Source: Harriotta raleighana
Taxonomy: Eukaryota
Reading direction: 5' to 3'
Length of the DNA: 64,000 bases
NCBI GenBank assembly: GCA_050575255.1
Contig: JBNZDD010013568.1
Location: 1,047,243 to 1,111,242, forward strand
A program made the position numbers and the translations under genes. The notes beneath the pieces were generated by a model that saw only the letters and a list, made by a program, of their open reading frames with translations, ran no database searches and was not told the origin of the DNA. Shown here in pieces: positions 50,801 to 64,000 of the stretch. Positions within the stretch are counted from its first letter, which is position 1. Each line of letters opens with the position of its first letter.

Positions 50801-51744
50801 GTACGTACTTTAGAGATATTTCAACGTGATAAGGCACTATCTCAAGTGGAGATATTAGTTATTCAGTTACTATTTCAGGAAAGAGCGGGCGAATCCGACC
50901 GCCTAGTTCAATTCCTTTTTCCTCCCTGAGCTGGAACTTCCTTTGACCAGTATCAGATCCTTCAATGGTGTCGATTGCACAGAGCAATTATACTGAGGGT
51001 TCAATGTTGGCTTAGTTGCTGATGTACCCTGTTGGACAGGTCAGAACCAAGCAGACAGCTGAAACCAGACGCAGAGTCAAAAAGCCACGGGTTTAGTAGA
51101 GACAGTCAGAAAAGAACAAGTCCATAACTGAGAAGGGGGAATCTTTACAGAAATTCACTCTGTATCTGCGTTACCCATAAACACTGAAGGGCAGGAAGCA
51201 GATACACAGACGGAGACTGCACAATATTCCCTGCTCCTCCCGGGCCGGGCCAGTCTTAAGACACAGGCTGAAGTGGGTTCGGATAGTTTGGGGGTGTGGA
51301 GTGTGTTATCGTTCACGACACAGAACAAATGCGAGGATTATTATTACTGTTATAACTGAATTTGATTGCTTAGGGCTGAGTAACGGGAATGTTCTTTGGG
51401 ATTGTTTGACTGTAGTGACTGTTCTCTGGAGTCTGTGTGTGTGTATATATGGACTTGCACTGGGGGAGGCTCAGCCTTCACATGCCCTAAGTACTAATGA
51501 ACATCATATGTCTTCTCTGTAACACTACAGATTAGCTGTGGGTTAGGTAGATACAGATGTTTAACTAAAGAGTTTCTCTGATGTAGGATTTCTGTATATC
51601 TATAGTTACTGCTATCACTAGTGAAAAATCTTTTGAATATTTTAGATGTGAATCTATAAATCTATCAATTATTATCTGGATTATCTGAATACAAGTACTA
51701 ATGTTGGTTTGGAAGTATAGTCAGACTAATTAATTTCACCAGCC

Positions 51745-51887
51745 CTCTGTGTTTTTTTTGAAGAGATTATTATTAGGCGTGTGGAGTAAGGAAACTTGCC
51801 GAAGGTTTCTCCCTGACCTACCTGTATTCAAACACAGCTCTTATGCTCGAAAGGCAAATGCTTTAACCACTGAGCTACAGGAGCTCC
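51745..51887 (-). mobile_element. SINE 5' half (tRNA head)
   Basis: ggcgtgtggagtaaggaaacttgcc...taaccactgagctacaggagctcc. Confidence 0.85.
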
Positions 51888-54678
51888 ACAGCTCTCACGT
51901 TTGGCTGTTTAGTACGCACAGTTCATCACTCACACCTTAGGACTGTCACTTTAATTCAGTGACTTGGGAGTTTTTAATCCTTTGTTTGGTTACATTACAG
52001 TTAAACAAGAGAAGAAATACAGACACACATAAAGCGCCTTCAAGACATCCTGATGTGAAAGGCATTACATATAAATGCTAACTGTCTTTTGTAAATTCTA
52101 TTACATGGAACAAGTCTGTATTTTGGAAAAAAAAAGGAATTAATGTGTCAGAAATCGCAACTTTGGCATGGGATAGACGTTTACTTTTGTAACTTTGCTC
52201 AAGTTTCAGGAACCTAACTTTTTCAAATCTAATTTGGATGCCCTGATCACATGAACCCTGCCAACTGAACAGCTTCAAGTGAATGAACTTCAGGCTCTTT
52301 TAATGATGTTGGGAGGCTGGAGCACACTGCGCTCTTTATAAAAGTTGCAATAGAAACAAAGCATTAGTGTAAGATCTCGAAGATTTGTAAAACAGCCCTC
52401 TGGTACATGTCTTGTGATCACTGGTTCCTAATTTCTTTCTTTCATGAGGACCATCAGACTTATGCGAACCCACAGCTTCCAGTAAAAACGCAGAAACCAG
52501 TCAACAACTTGAATCAATGACTTTTATGTAGCGTCTTTCATGTCCCAAGGCGTTGGGCACTGAAGGGTTTATACCCGAGACATTTGAGCAACTTGGGAAG
52601 GTTTAAATACCCGTTGAGGTAGTCTCTCTAAATTGGAGGCCACTAACTAACTTGACATCGTACCAGCTCCACTCTGCACCAAAGAAGGAGCTGTGCCAAG
52701 TTTGCCAACCCAATTGCGGTTGGGATATTTTAGCAGTGGATTTACATTTCACCGTACTATTTGAAAAAGTCTCAGCTGAGTTCCCTTCTCCTGATGACCC
52801 AAGTTCTGTGAAGGCCTTCACCAACATCTCCTTCCCATTTGCATCACCTTCAATCTGCTTTGCTTTTCAATGCCGAGCCTCGACCGGAACTCTCTGCAGA
52901 AGCAGGTCATTCATTCCGACACGCAAAAATGTCATCATTTTATTACTGTTAATACAACCTCACAAAGGTGTACTGTACCTTCTGATGATTAACCCAGACT
53001 GGACAAGGAATGAAAAGCTGAGGAGAAACAAGCACGATCCTGTCTTTCTTTCCAATTGGTGAATGAGCAAACACACAAGAACAACAGACAGACAGAAGTG
53101 ATGTCCTTCAACACTTACAAACAGGAGGCAGAATTCTCACACACCATTATGCACACATAGACTTGCATGAAACCAAAAATGTCAGAATGTATTATGTTCG
53201 TAAACGGCTACAGTAACTGCTAATGATTTTACATCTGATGGCTTTGAGCTACAAATGCTGACAGTAAGCTGTTAAATACTAAATTTACTCCAAACCCTCA
53301 CTTAGCTGAAGGAAGAGCTGAAACCTTTCTAAAATATTTATGCAGAGAAACAAAATGCATTTACAATATACAGGAATTGATTCAAGCAGCAGTCAAACTC
53401 CGAAGCCGTGCGTTTAACGTTACAAATCACAAGAATGAAAGAGACTTGTGGCAGATAACTTTGTTCCACTTGAAGGGAAAGTGAAATGGGAACATCGAGT
53501 CAGTGTTATATGTAAAGTGTTTTATGCGTCTCTTGGTGATCACCTGAGATATATTTTAGCAACAGGGAGGGTGATTTGGGCTGGGTACTGATACGTTGAG
53601 GCAACGATACTTCTGAACACGTAGGGTTAATTGGTAAACGGATTGAGTTATCCTTTTCTCAGTCACATCAGTTCCTGTAACTTCGTCGTTGGGTTTGGCA
53701 AAGATTGGTGTTGACGTCAGCGATCTCAACTGAACGCAACTGGGTTGTGTTGAGCAACTGGTCTGTGTAACTAGGCCATTGATGTAATTAGATTAATTTG
53801 AAAAGAGAAGGGATTTGAAAGGAATCCATCGCACAGGAAAACGTTTACCCAACTTCACCAACAATCTTCCTTTAAGCGTTTGAATCTGTTCATTTTATTT
53901 CCAGTTCCCATTTCACAACAAACACCTGAAAACCCTCCTGCTGAAAGCTCTCTCATCACTTTAATGCTAAAGGGAACAAACCCGATTTGCACTGTGACAC
54001 TATACCTGACTGGAACAGAGTGAAAAGTAGCTGTGCTCCACTCATTTCCCAATCGTTCAGAACAAGTGCTAAGATGTTAACCTTCACTTTGTGCTCTGGA
54101 TATTCAATTTGGGATGTAGACCACATACCAATTAAGAAATTCTGCTAAAATAAGGTCTCACACTGCCATCATCGCCGTCTCAAGCTCGAGGGGATTGTGG
54201 GCAGCAACCACAGAGACCAAATTTATTGAGTTTTCAATAATACTGTGAGAAATGCTCTCCTGGCAATCAAATTATAAGATCTTTTTCAAATCCACAGTCA
54301 TACTGAAAAGGTCATTTCTCATCAGCTATTTCAACCCAAACCGTACAACGTACCTTCCCTCAAACATTTCCCAGCGAGCACATTCTATCAGCATTCCAAT
54401 CAATCAAATGATAGGGGTCTGTGATCACTCACACACACACACAGAGCAAAAACCTGATTCCATTCCAGGTAAGCTGTCGATATCTTTTAAGATTGTTCAG
54501 TCTGTTCAAGGTTGTTATTGTTCAATTCGGCCAAGCTTCCAAACACTCGAGACTCAGTTACAGCTCAGGTGAGGTCAAAAGAGGAGTTGGCAGAACCTTA
54601 ATTTTATGCAAAGGAAAGCAACCTGTGGAATACACTGAGGTTTAGCGAGCTACACACTTGCCACCCATTATGCCACAC

Positions 54679-54988
54679 GGAGTCCTGTAGCTCAGTGGTT
54701 AGAGCACTCGCCTCGCAAGCAAGAAACCTGGGTTTGATTCTCAGCAGGGTGAAACTATGGGCGAGTTTCCTTATTCCACACGCCTGATAATAATTCCTCG
54801 AAAAAAAAACTTGGCTCATTTCAATCCATGGCTGTTTGTGGAGACACTGCTGTACGCAATTGGCTGCTGTCCACAAAAATGCAGTCAATTCACTTTGCAG
54901 TATATTCTGTGAAGAGCTTTGAGACGTCTATAAGACGTGAAAAGCAGTATATCAAATGCAAGCATAATATAATAATAATATTATTATT
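54679..54988 (+). mobile_element. Full-length tRNA-derived SINE
   Basis: ggagtcctgtagctcagtggttagagcactcgcc head through atcaaatgcaag and an AT-rich tail. Confidence 0.9.
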
Positions 54989-57376
54989 AAACTGAGTTAG
55001 ACATCCACACATTCACTTTCAAAAAAGCTTTACTAAACTTTGAGAAGCCTGGCGATGCCTTCCCCTCTCTGGGATCAGTGAAGTCCATCCAATGGTGGCT
55101 CAGATCAACCCAGTCAGCACATACCAAGGACTGTAACTACTGCTTCATGTTCTGTATTAAAAGTGCAGTTACTCAATAGTAGTTATTAAGAGATTTCTGG
55201 CAGCATCTTTAACGCTCAGCAAAGAAACTGCAGTAATTCTGCATAAAGCATGAAACCGAGAGCAGTATTTTCAATCGACTCTCAGAAAAAATGGATTTTA
55301 AAATGCTTTCCGAGTCCTTACATTTCCCCCATTAGACCTAAGCCAGAGGTTTGAAGTTTGAACGCATTACATTAAAAACATTGGGTGCGTTTTGAAAGCT
55401 CACAGCACCTAAAGTGCTATGAACCAGTCAGTTAGATCTCAGTTTTCAAAATTGTAGCCAGACTTAATCAGAAATAAACGACAAATTTGTACAATGTAAT
55501 TTTGAAGTGATGCAATTACGGTACGCTGTCCTACAGTAGCAATCTCTACACTGAACATGATTGTATTCAGTGGTATTCTGCCATGTTGAGAAGCTGATGG
55601 CCGGTGGGATACACACCGAGGATATCGCGCCTAGCTGCGGGGGCTGGATTCTGTTTCTCATTACTGGTCGCAAATTAACCCATCACAAAATTTATTAGCC
55701 AGCTCGGAAATTCATCAGCCATCCCATTAAACACAGCAATAACATACCTTTGCTCCACATTAATCAATTAGCATGCAGCTCAATGCATACAGTCAGAAGA
55801 GCAAGTGTTGTGTCCAGCGCAATACCTCACAGCAGCATTACATAGAGACGTTATCTCTAAGGCCAGGAACCCTGCATTTATGAAGAAATTACATAAATGA
55901 GCTAACGTAGATTTCCTGGAGTATTCAGAGCATGGGTACTGGCAATGTGTAAACTAATATGAAAATGGGATAGGATATAGGCTAAATACAACACTGCCTA
56001 TCTAGTAGAATAAAAAATATTTAGCTTGATGTATTCAATTTCTATTACAATAGGCATTGTTTTATACATGTTACATATTCCATATTAGAGAGTGAATTTC
56101 GTTCTTGGGTTACTTATTCGAGGAAAGAGAAGAGAGGTTTTCCCTCCCACTGTCCTGGTCAATACTCCTCCAGGTAAACTAGTCAGTGCCTTGGGATGGG
56201 ATATCCTCCCGAGATCTGTAAATGTCATTTTGTTATTGTTGTTGTTATTGTGGTCACTCATTTCATGGACGATTGTGGGACCTGTTGGGCGGACTTTGTC
56301 TGTGGGGTTTGCCAACAAATAAGGTTCACTCTACTTGAAAGCAATTACCTGTGATGTGCTTTGAAACTTTTGAGACATCATAGATGCTTTACCAAATGCC
56401 CAGTTTATTATTAATAATGCCTTCAATTTCAAATGTCCGTTGCTATTTCAAAGCATATGAATTTCTTCATAACATCTTCAAAAGACTCCCCTAGATTTTG
56501 TGAATAAGATATGGAACTGGAGGAAATTCATACCGCCAGCCCACATTGCTTAATAGTCTTTAAGTAAAATTGTAAAAAGAAAATGATTGCAAGTGTGTGA
56601 TGTGCAGCTCTACTTTGCACTGGATCAATGTTACACATGTGAAAAATAGTACATAAAATATCATCTTCCAGATACAGGATTCATCTAAGGGGGGAAAAAA
56701 TTATCTGAAACCTTGAGCCAGTGAACAACCAGTGATAGCTCTTACCCCCACAGCATTCCTGAGTTACAGGCCTTTCACACTAGTGAAAAGAATGCTGTAA
56801 CTCACTGCCACTGGTGAGATATAATGAGATTATATAGAGGATATTTTTCATTTTCAGGCAGAGGCGCTACTGCAGACCTCAAAGGATTAACCCGGAGAGT
56901 AATATGATCACAGCCATTGTGTCTGAACACGCAGCAACTACACTGGAATACAAGATTGTTTAAACAGCTCTGGATCCCTTATATGAGCATAAAACTGACA
57001 CAGTCACAAGAGATGCCATGAAATAACTGAAGAAAAACTATTCCAATACCGAATACATGTTCAAAACACAGTTGTTATCAGTAAAACATTTTGATATAGG
57101 ATTATACTAGGAACAAGTGCCTCCTGCTAACCATCATTGTATCTACAAATGAACTTCAATATTATTTTCAATGAATCCAATTATTTTCAAAGCAAATTAC
57201 GTGCAGTTAATCGAGAGTCGGTGCCCAAGACTTTAACCCTTTGCCAATAAATCAGAGCTGTTGTGGGCAACATCCCCAATTCCTAGACTGGCAATGAGAT
57301 TAGGAACCAATTTCACTATCTGACCCAATGAAAAACTTGATTTGATTAGAAGCCTATGCAGAATTGATTCCAAACT

Positions 57377-57650
57377 ACAACAACAACTTTCATTTGTATA
57401 GCACCCTCCACGTGGGCCAATGACTCAGGGCCCAACACAATGATGGAGCCTGAGGCCAAGCGGGAAGGTGACCGTAAACTCGAAGAGAAAGTTCTTCAAC
57501 CCGATTACTCCACTGGGAGAGGGGACAGGGGAAAGGGAGTTGTGCCGAGGGGGGGCTGTAGAAAGGGGCTTGAGGATTTAGGTTTGGTATGGGGATCGGG
57601 GATTGGGCTGGGAAGAGGGGATTTGCAATGTCAAGCAATCATGTTGGTGA
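57377..57650 (-). mobile_element. Decayed L2 3' end
   Basis: (CAA)n tail, catttgtatagcaccctccacgt. Reverse complement ctcttcgagtttacggtcacct resembles 61690-61725. Confidence 0.55.
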
Positions 57651-59074
57651 GCGTGAGAAATGCTATGTCAGAGAAGCCAATAAATAGTCCTGTAAATGTG
57701 AGAAGTTGGTGCACGTCCCTTTCCAGAAACTGAGATGACACTATTTGGCAAGAAAACCACACAGACACAAGTGTATTTTTACATTAATGGAGCCTGTCCA
57801 AAAATGTCAAATAAATATGAACTTCAGATAAGGGTGACTTCATACTTACCAGCCCTGTCACCATCTGGTACAGATCAAACAGGCACCTTATAATGAGTGA
57901 GGAAGCAGGGCTGTGATTTTGTTTTTCCAAAGTGAAGGCAAGAATTGTATAACTGAGAGTGATATGAACTTTCCCTTTCAAAAAACCTTCACAAGCCATA
58001 ATAACTGATGATGACTAAATGAAGTGGATGACCTTGCCTTTCCTCCATAAGCTGCCCTGGAGTTTGAGCTGCTCTCCAGACTCTGGCTTGGGTTTGCTGG
58101 ACTGAATTCACTGTGCAAATATTGACCAAAGTCCCACCAACCAACAGCTGTCAAGATGGTGAAAGAGGATTTGGGGGCATATTATTTAATGAAAAGCCAA
58201 CGATACAATGAGGAAATTGGTGTGAGCGGTCTTCAACCCACGATACACTTGCACACTTACACCAACAGTAAGTGTGCTGGCAAGATACTTCATTACCTAC
58301 TTACACTCCAACACATTCCAGCTTGATGTTTATGCGCTCAAAGCTGGAGAAGTTGGTGGCTTGGCTCAATAACTCCCAAGGCAAAATTTTGTTTCCAAAC
58401 CGATGGAAACCGGTCATTAGAACTGTACAGAAAGTACAGGAGGAGATTGGGAAAGACTGGATTTTAAAAAAAAAATCTGCAGATGGGAGTGAAGAAAAAG
58501 CCAATGGTGCACATTCTTCAGAAATATTTAGCAGTGTTTGGGACGTGACTCTTACTTATTCTTACTTATGGAAAGCGTGCAGCATCTGGAATGAAGGCGG
58601 TATTGGAGCTGCCCGACTGTTCCCAGTTATGTTGGTCAATGCCCCAGTGCATTTCAAAAGCCTCGGTGCACCTTGTGACCCGCTCCGTATTGACTGTTGG
58701 GTCAATGGTGACAAAGGGACAGAGAGACATTTAGCTCTTATGGGAATTCCTTTCACAGACCTGGATGAACAAGCAGCAAAAGGGAAACCATGGCTGCAAG
58801 GAGTTGAAACACCTCCCCCCCCACCACCCCCCCACCCCTCGTATAAAACCAGGCCTCTTCATCAATCAGTGTCAGGATTTGGGAGGGGGAGTGGGTGACG
58901 GGCTCACAGGCAAGGGGGAGGTGGTGATAACACCCCTCCGATTGTCAGCCTTCTTCAGTTTACCTCAGCAATTTTTCCATGTCAGCTCTTACAGTCAACT
59001 CACGACATAAAGTGCCAGCAGATGATTGGTAAAGAGAATGCTATTGGGGGAAGGAATCAACAATCGTTTTGTTT

Positions 59075-59185
59075 TGATGAGTAATCCCTGCGTTTGATAT
59101 GAAGCCTGATGGTCTTTTTGCGATGCCTCAAAGCGCTTCACAGAATATATTATAAAGTGAATTAATTGTATATTTTGTGCGGGCA
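59075..59185 (-). mobile_element. SINE tail fragment
   Basis: tgcgtttgatat...ctcaaagcgcttcacagaatatattataaagtgaatt. Confidence 0.8.
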
Positions 59186-61489
59186 AAAATAACCAACTAA
59201 ACAATGAAATTCCTACACCTGCCCACACTTGGGAGCTAACAAATTTGCCTATCATGTCTTATCCTATACATTCCTGTGCAAAAAGGTCTTTTATTGGTTT
59301 TCTATTGGAAGATGGGAATGATGTCAGTGGTCTCTTAATTTGGATCACATTTTCAGTGGTGATCTCAAGGCAGTGTCCACCTCCCACATAAAGGTCTTCA
59401 GCCCAGAAACTGTCTCATCTACAAGCGAGTAGGAGGCAGGGAACAGTAACAAAGCCACAATTCATCCAACTATCTTTACTTTAAAAGTTTGCTGCTTTGT
59501 TGGGAGTGTAATATTGCCTTTTAAATGTTTTATTTGTAAATACTGTATACAGGGGTGGGGTATAAATAATTGTTAGCTTTAAGAGCTCCTTACCAAAAGC
59601 AGATGAAAGCAATACTGGAACTGACATATTGTTCGATTGTGCATTAAATTACCGTGTAGCATTAAGCAGAACTTTTTGTTGTATTCCACTTTGAACAGAA
59701 TTACAATTTCTAAACCTAACTCAAGGCAACTGTACGTTTAACAAAAGCAAGGCGATGCTCTTTGCAAATAAAAAAAACACCCACACCGACAACTGTGATT
59801 TAACTGAGCAGATTTTTCTCGTTATACTTCAGTATTTTAAGTATCTCCCACAATGTGAATCCAATTACAGCCCTTTTTTGTTTGTTCGGATGAAGAGTAC
59901 ATGTTAGGAGACTGTTCTGTTCTTAATCACCTCTCTGGAGGGGTCTTCAATGCACTTTCTCCCCTCCCAAAGATGTGGAAGGGAGTAGAAAGAGATAAAA
60001 TCCTGCATTATGCTCAGCCTTTGCTCCTCAGCAATTCCCTCCATTGTGTCCTCCCTAATGATTAACAGCATGTGAAATTTACATCTCTATTCAGGCAAAA
60101 TCTGGAAATTGGGAGTCACTAATCTGGACAACAAAGACTTCAACTTTTTTTTCCCCTCTCTCATAAAATCACAAAAGTATGCTTTTTAATGATAATCACA
60201 ACAATGCGTTTGTGGTTGCCCCGTCATTATGTGGTGTGCTTTGGCCAGACAATTTACAAGCTAAATAAATAGCTACACTAAACAGCTGGAACCACACTAA
60301 AGCCTCTCAAGACTTCTTTCAACAATAACTTTCAGCCTCCAGTCAAATGCCCTAAAATGGCACAACTTCACTTCAGAGCTGCAGACTGTAAAGAGATGGA
60401 CAGGAATAGGCAAGAACATGCATCACACTGCCGACAACAATCCCTTCTTTCCTTTGCAGGTTGCTTCAGTCCAGAAATATTTTATATAACAGTACATTTC
60501 CGCTCCAACCTTGAACTAACACAGCATTTGAAGAAGAAGATTACAAAACTTTTTTTTGATAGATAAGATAGATTAATTGAATTTTTTTTATAGATCAATT
60601 GAATCTACATCTGGATCAGATCTCGTTTCGGTTTCTCTCAGCCCATTTAAGCTTTCTTGTTGGCCAGCCAAATGTCTGACGCATGGGGAAGTCATCACGT
60701 TTCTTAAAAGCATCCAATCCAGACACAGCTCCACATATACACAATTTCCCTTGTGTTTAGAATGGAATGTGCACACTCTTCCTCCCCCCACCCCCACCCC
60801 CCACCCTCCCACTTACCTAATTCTGGAGAGTATTAGGCACAGGTTGGCAACAAGAGACAACACTTCAGAACCTGAGAGTGTGGCCTGGGGTACTGTTGGG
60901 AGTGCAACCAGACAAAACCACACAGCGCACAGTTTTCAATTGTTCCAAGAATCAATGCAGGATCACTCTCAAACTGCAATTAGCGCAGCTCCAGATATAC
61001 CAAACGCTACCTAAGGTTTATAATTGTTACTGCAGTTCCTACGAAAAAGGAAGCTGATGTATTGATTTATTTTGGTTTGTTCAGGACAAAGCTTTAAAGT
61101 ACAATTTCCTTCCCACGTTACTTTATAAATGGAGACCAGAAAGATAATGAATTTTAACGTCACGCTCAGCACAGCTTAATTGCAGCCACTAAAATTCTAA
61201 TTTCCTCTACAATTCCAGCAATGAGATCAGAACGTGGGACCAGCTCAATTTTCCCATTGTACAAAAGACGGATTAATATCACTCATTCCAATTCTCACCA
61301 CACTGAGGCAGCCTGGTAGGTGTGTTGATGTGGCTGGACCACGCGCACATTCACTCGCTCCACTTTGTTGTTGCTCTCAGTGACCATTTACTCCCATGTT
61401 CTCGGTGCGAAGGTGTCGTGTGAACCAGGCTCTGTGTTCCCTGCCGGATCTTCAAACAAATCCTTGGACAGGCAGTGGATAGTTGGAAA

Positions 61490-61836
61490 GGATGGAACCC
61501 CAGAACTGTGTGACTTTCCGTAGCCTCCATAGCACAGATTTCGCTACAGCCTGCTCTACCCCCCGTCTCCCCCCGGACCAGCCTGCCCCACGCCTTCAGC
61601 CTCTCTGTCCCTGCCCTCTGGAACTCCATCCCCACATTCCCTTTGCCTCACCCCCTGCCCTTGCCTGCTTCAAGGCATGTCTTCAAGAGCCTACTCTTCA
61701 ACTGTACCTTCGGTCACCCTCCTACCCTCATCCTTCACCACTCCTGATCCCAAACCCCTGCTCAGCTCCAGATCTCTGGCTCTGTCCTCCCGATGTGAAA
61801 TGCGCTGCACAAATGTCATTTGCTGCTGTTGTTATT
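61490..61836 (+). mobile_element. L2 LINE 3' end (ORF2 C-terminus plus UTR)
   Basis: gccttcagcctctctgtccctgccctctggaactccatcccc translates as AFSLSVPALWNSIP (L2 AFSxxAPxLWNSLP). Then ttcaag...ctcttc...ggtcacc and a tail aaatgtcatttgctgctgttgtt. Confidence 0.75.
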
Positions 61837-64000
61837 GAATCACAAGCCTGACTCAGCAAACGTTCTGGCTCCATCCCTGCACACAATACCCAACGCCACA
61901 ATGGCTACAACGCGACACCGCTCAGCTCCTGGGCATCACACAGAGTCGAACGCGGAAGTGAAATGGTGTGAGAACAAAGTGCAGTAGAAGCAGCTTCACT
62001 CCCATTAGGCTCCTGCGATATAGGAGCTGCTCTTCTCCTGATCGCCCTCATTTTTGCTAAACCAGCCAGAAATGTCTGACTGACTCCCGGGGTGTAAACA
62101 AGGAGCTCGGGTTCTTGAACCTTTTGAAACAGGGCACTGGCATGCCAGCAAGCCCTGTCAGAGAGCCCGTTATCAGCACACTGGCAGCTAGCTTGCAGAA
62201 TCTGCAGAGAAAATGAATTTCAGGCTCCCATGCAACAATGTCATGAGTGGCCCCACTTAGTTCATGTAAATGAAATTCAAGTGGAGACAAGTAAACTAAC
62301 CCTTTACTTCACTTTGTGTGATTACATTTCTCATTCGCATTCTTTCCTATCTCCAGACAGCGCTGTGCTTTCTAACCCTCAACCTTTCCAATAAAGACGA
62401 AAACTCCGTACATTAAGAGCAATAACACGGTGTCGGGAGGCACTTCAAGGGACAATAATTATTTGTTGTACAAATGGAATTGGAAAGCTGACTAAAATTT
62501 GCATTTCACAATCATCAATGCGCTGGTATTATGCAAAAAATCTCACATGCAAATCTCAACTGAAATAAACACCACTTATGCAAATGAAGGACACACCTGC
62601 AGGTGCTCGCACCCCCACCGTCCACATCAGCCCAGCCAGCCAGCCAGCCAGTCAGTGCTGCTCCAGGTTTCCTGCCAGCCTTCACTTGTTATTTGGTAAT
62701 TTGATTACAATTTTCATAATAGTCCAATTGTCAAAACACATAATTCAGCAATGACTGAGGCTGGGGTTGACTGCATTCATTAATGCAGTTGTAGTAGTAG
62801 TGTATGTGTGTGTGTGTGTCACCTGTACAGGGCGCACAGCGACATGCTGTTTGGAGACTGTCGGATGTCTTTGTCGGGAAGAGAGAGCGCACTCAGGTTT
62901 ACAATGCGTGCCATTGACACACACACAATGTCTGACCTTTCAGATTTGCTTCAATTTTTAATCACTGAATCCCATCTCATCACACTCAGCTTTTCCCCAT
63001 TAGTTAAACAAACAGAACTGTGTATGAGTTGATGATGAGCTACACATGAGGCAGACAATTCGAGGTATTTTCTAAAAAAATCTGGGGCGAAAATTGTGCA
63101 GTTCATCAAATCCCAACACAACACCGGACTTAAGAATGCCATAACGTCATAACAAACAGAGGGTTTTCTGGAAAGATGAGATCAGATAGGCCAGAGAACC
63201 TTCTTCATCCAAATCTCCTAATCTTCTGATGTTGTTCGAAACAAAAGTCTCAAGGAGATGTGCATTTGTTTCCCCTCGAGCTTCACTTAATTTCAAATGC
63301 CAGTTTGTGGACCGGACTGAGTGAGGGAAGAGAGAGTTATTTCTTTGTCTAATAAGATTTTTTAAAACACGGAGTTCAAAATCAGTCAGATTGCTCCTCT
63401 CTTAGGGTAAAGCTACGTTAAGTTGGCAAGTAGGCCGACTGACTTGGTTTTCTTCCCTCTTCTGTGCGATCTTGTTCGAACAAGATAAATCAGTACATTG
63501 CCAAGAGACTGTTTGCCCTCCTTATCTCCAGCCCACCAGTTATATTTGCACACCAATTATTCCTTACTATTTCTTTCATTAGCAGGAAAAATATTTGAAG
63601 ATAATTATAATTTCCTCTTCTCCAAGATAATGTCCGTGTATCCACTCTAATCCCATCAGAGAGCAGTCAGTGTCAGCACTTCAGTCTGGGCCAATGCTTA
63701 AGACACAGGAGCAGGTTTAGACAGTTTGGAACAGCAAGTGTCTAGGAGCTGCTTGACCGGGGAAGAAGAGGACACGTGCGTGAGCAGTGCTTTTACCCAC
63801 ATCGCCATCAGGAAATAATCTGGTCCATTTACTGACTGTGTTTATGGTTCCTTTGGGACACGTCACACATTAAATCCCAGTCCAGGCTGGGCAATGGTCA
63901 ATCTAAAAGCTTGGATAGCAGAGGTGAACAGGACAGATTTGTGTGTATGACTGGCTTCTACCTGATTATGATGATTGTACATCATTTCCCACAGCTGCTG

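Larger units (their letters stand above)
25420..64000 (-). other. FBRSL1: Intron upstream of the 30-nt exon (continues beyond the window end)
   Basis: Ends with AG at 25421-25420 on the minus strand. No 36-nt exon encoding ...SGRGYS was found by eye. AUTS2-family genes have very large introns at this position. Confidence 0.6.

Noticed and set aside
58272-58898. 208-aa ORF on the plus strand
   Set aside because: Non-ATG start, no recognisable domain, runs through poly-A and poly-C tracts, and is antisense to the host gene.
2421-59185. Orientation bias of SINE copies relative to the gene
   Set aside because: A rough count of about 15 minus versus 10 plus is not a meaningful skew.
1-64000. CRISPR-like array, operon or other prokaryotic/viral system
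   Set aside because: Repeats are dispersed retroposons with no regular repeat-spacer period, and there are no long ORFs or viral or transposase domains.

Overview
Vertebrate genomic DNA that is almost entirely intronic. The repeats (tRNA-headed SINEs with a Deu/L2-type tail, plus CR1, L2 and RTE relics) suggest a cartilaginous fish, possibly a chimaera (inference). The only coding sequence I can support is a 30-nt, phase-0/phase-0 minus-strand exon at 25390-25419 (CDSESDIDDK). It matches my recollection of exon 5 of the AUTS2 family and is closest to FBRSL1 (human CDSESGPDDK; AUTS2 CDSDSDQEEK). I could not find the neighbouring exons, so the window is probably >25 kb of downstream intron plus >38 kb of upstream intron. 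It contains about 25 copies or fragments of one young SINE, older DeuSINE/CR1/L2/RTE fossils, a TA-flanked Tc1/pogo-type MITE, microsatellites and repeat-poor, motif-dense blocks that resemble conserved non-coding elements. The supplied ORFs look like noise or repeat-derived sequence, and I see no novel multi-gene system. The best leads are (1) a candidate 53-nt stop-containing (poison) exon at 8842-8894 whose acceptor lies in one of two abutting perfect hairpins, (2) a 95%-identical 61-bp inverted repeat at 39621/40591, and (3) two candidate internal promoters. All family assignments come from recalled consensus sequences, not database searches.
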